A DNA stretch of 64,000 nt from Candidatus Poribacteria bacterium (GTDB lineage: Bacteria; Poribacteria; WGA-4E; WGA-3G), in NCBI GenBank assembly GCA_965215265.1, contig OZ244048.1, positions 4,160,001 through 4,224,000 of the forward strand, in the 5' to 3' direction. Positions 63,055 to 64,000 of this stretch are shown here, one piece after another. The notes below the pieces were generated by a model. It ran no database searches and was not told the DNA's origin. It saw only the letters and a program-made list of their open reading frames with translations. The translations under genes were made by a program, and so were the position numbers. Position 1 is the first letter of the stretch, and each line of letters begins with the position of its first letter.

Positions 63055-64000
63055 ATGAAAGTTTTAGTCATCGGCGGCACCGGCAACATCAGCCGCGGCA
63101 TTGTCGCGGCATTGCAACAACAGAATCACGAAGTCGTCCTTTTTAATCGCGGGCAACACGTGGATGCCGCACCTCCGGACATCCGGGTAATCCTCGGAGA
63201 CCGGCAACACCGCGAAGATTTTGAGGCAAAAGTGGGCGCAGAACGTTGGGATGCTGTCATAGATATGATTAGTTTCAATGCAGACGATGCAGCATCCGCT
63301 ATGAGGGCATGTCAAGGACGCGTCGGCCATTTTGTGCACTGTTCAACGGTGATGACGTATGGCCCACCCTTCAGCGGCATTAACTTACCGGAGAGCGCCC
63401 CACTGCAAGGAACATCGGGCTATGGACTCGGAAAAATTGCCGCGGACAACTTGCTCTTGGAAGCTTATCAACAAGATGGATTCCCTGTAACCATTTTCAA
63501 GCCTTCTTATACGCACGGCCCCGGCATGAACCTACATCGACAAGTGGGTGGAGATGGCAGTTGGCTCGATCGCCTCCGCAAATGGAAACCGATTCTCTCC
63601 GCAGGCGACGGGTTGAACTATTTCCAATTTTTGGCATCACGGGATGCAGGTGTTGCATTTGCCGAGGTCCTCGGCAGATCTGATTGTTTCGGTCAAATTT
63701 ATAATCTCGTTCATCCGCAGGCACGCACCTGGGATGAATGGCACCGTGCCGCCGCTGCGGCACTCGGTGTCTCTATAGAAATTGTGCATGTCTCCCAAGA
63801 GACACTTATCGCTATGGCACCTGAACGGTTTGGCGGATTGCAAGGCAACTTCGGGCATACCCAAATCTTCAGCGGTGTAAAATTGGAGAAAGTACTCCGC
63901 GCGTTTCGCCCACAAATTCCTATCATCGAAAGCGTCGCAGAAAATATCACATGGATGGAGAAGCACAACCGCATCCCTAATAGCGATGAAGCTGATCTCG
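63055..64000 (+). CDS. NAD-dependent epimerase/dehydratase family protein (3' end outside window)
   Basis: MKVLVIGGTGNIS, FNRG, YGLGK (YxxxK); absent from the ORF track because it runs off the window. Confidence 0.85.
   Translation, partial: MKVLVIGGTGNISRGIVAALQQQNHEVVLFNRGQHVDAAPPDIRVILGDRQHREDFEAKVGAERWDAVIDMISFNADDAASAMRACQGRVGHFVHCSTVMTYGPPFSGINLPESAPLQGTSGYGLGKIAADNLLLEAYQQDGFPVTIFKPSYTHGPGMNLHRQVGGDGSWLDRLRKWKPILSAGDGLNYFQFLASRDAGVAFAEVLGRSDCFGQIYNLVHPQARTWDEWHRAAAAALGVSIEIVHVSQETLIAMAPERFGGLQGNFGHTQIFSGVKLEKVLRAFRPQIPIIESVAENITWMEKHNRIPNSDEADL

Noticed and set aside
1-64000. tRNA or rRNA genes
   Set aside because: No cloverleaf/T-loop or rRNA signature recognised by eye; tRNAscan-SE would be needed to exclude them.

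Overview
64 kb of a bacterial chromosome. The gene repertoire (WD40 and LRR proteins with dockerin-like plus FlgD-Ig/T9SS-type C-terminal domains, LamG proteins, phytanoyl-CoA dioxygenase, sulfatase, a DUF1553/DUF1501 pair, an Rpn nuclease) resembles Candidatus Poribacteria; this is an inference, as there is no rRNA or marker gene here. Main content: a clade II (Sec-type) nitrous-oxide reductase cluster whose second gene is a single NosB-NosB-NosD-NosF fusion ORF; two selenoprotein genes that the ORF track split or truncated at in-frame TGA (a peroxiredoxin-like lipoprotein, WUPFC, and an ArsC-like protein, UTSC), each with a downstream GGT-loop hairpin; a type IIG restriction-modification gene and a secreted LRR gene each frameshifted at a poly-C tract; an Rpn gene with an apparent internal start; and a WD40 array with highly variable surface positions. 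The most striking non-coding signal is a modular, nested-palindromic intergenic element (core GAGATWTAC, termini TTTTYGTATATCT..GCAC / GTACGGAGATATACRAAAA) at about 16 loci. It is mostly co-oriented with the adjacent genes, often runs from the upstream stop codon to the downstream RBS, and in one case coincides with loss of a gene. Five genes also encode the same C-terminal VxPxxKLxxxWxxxK motif, a candidate sorting signal.
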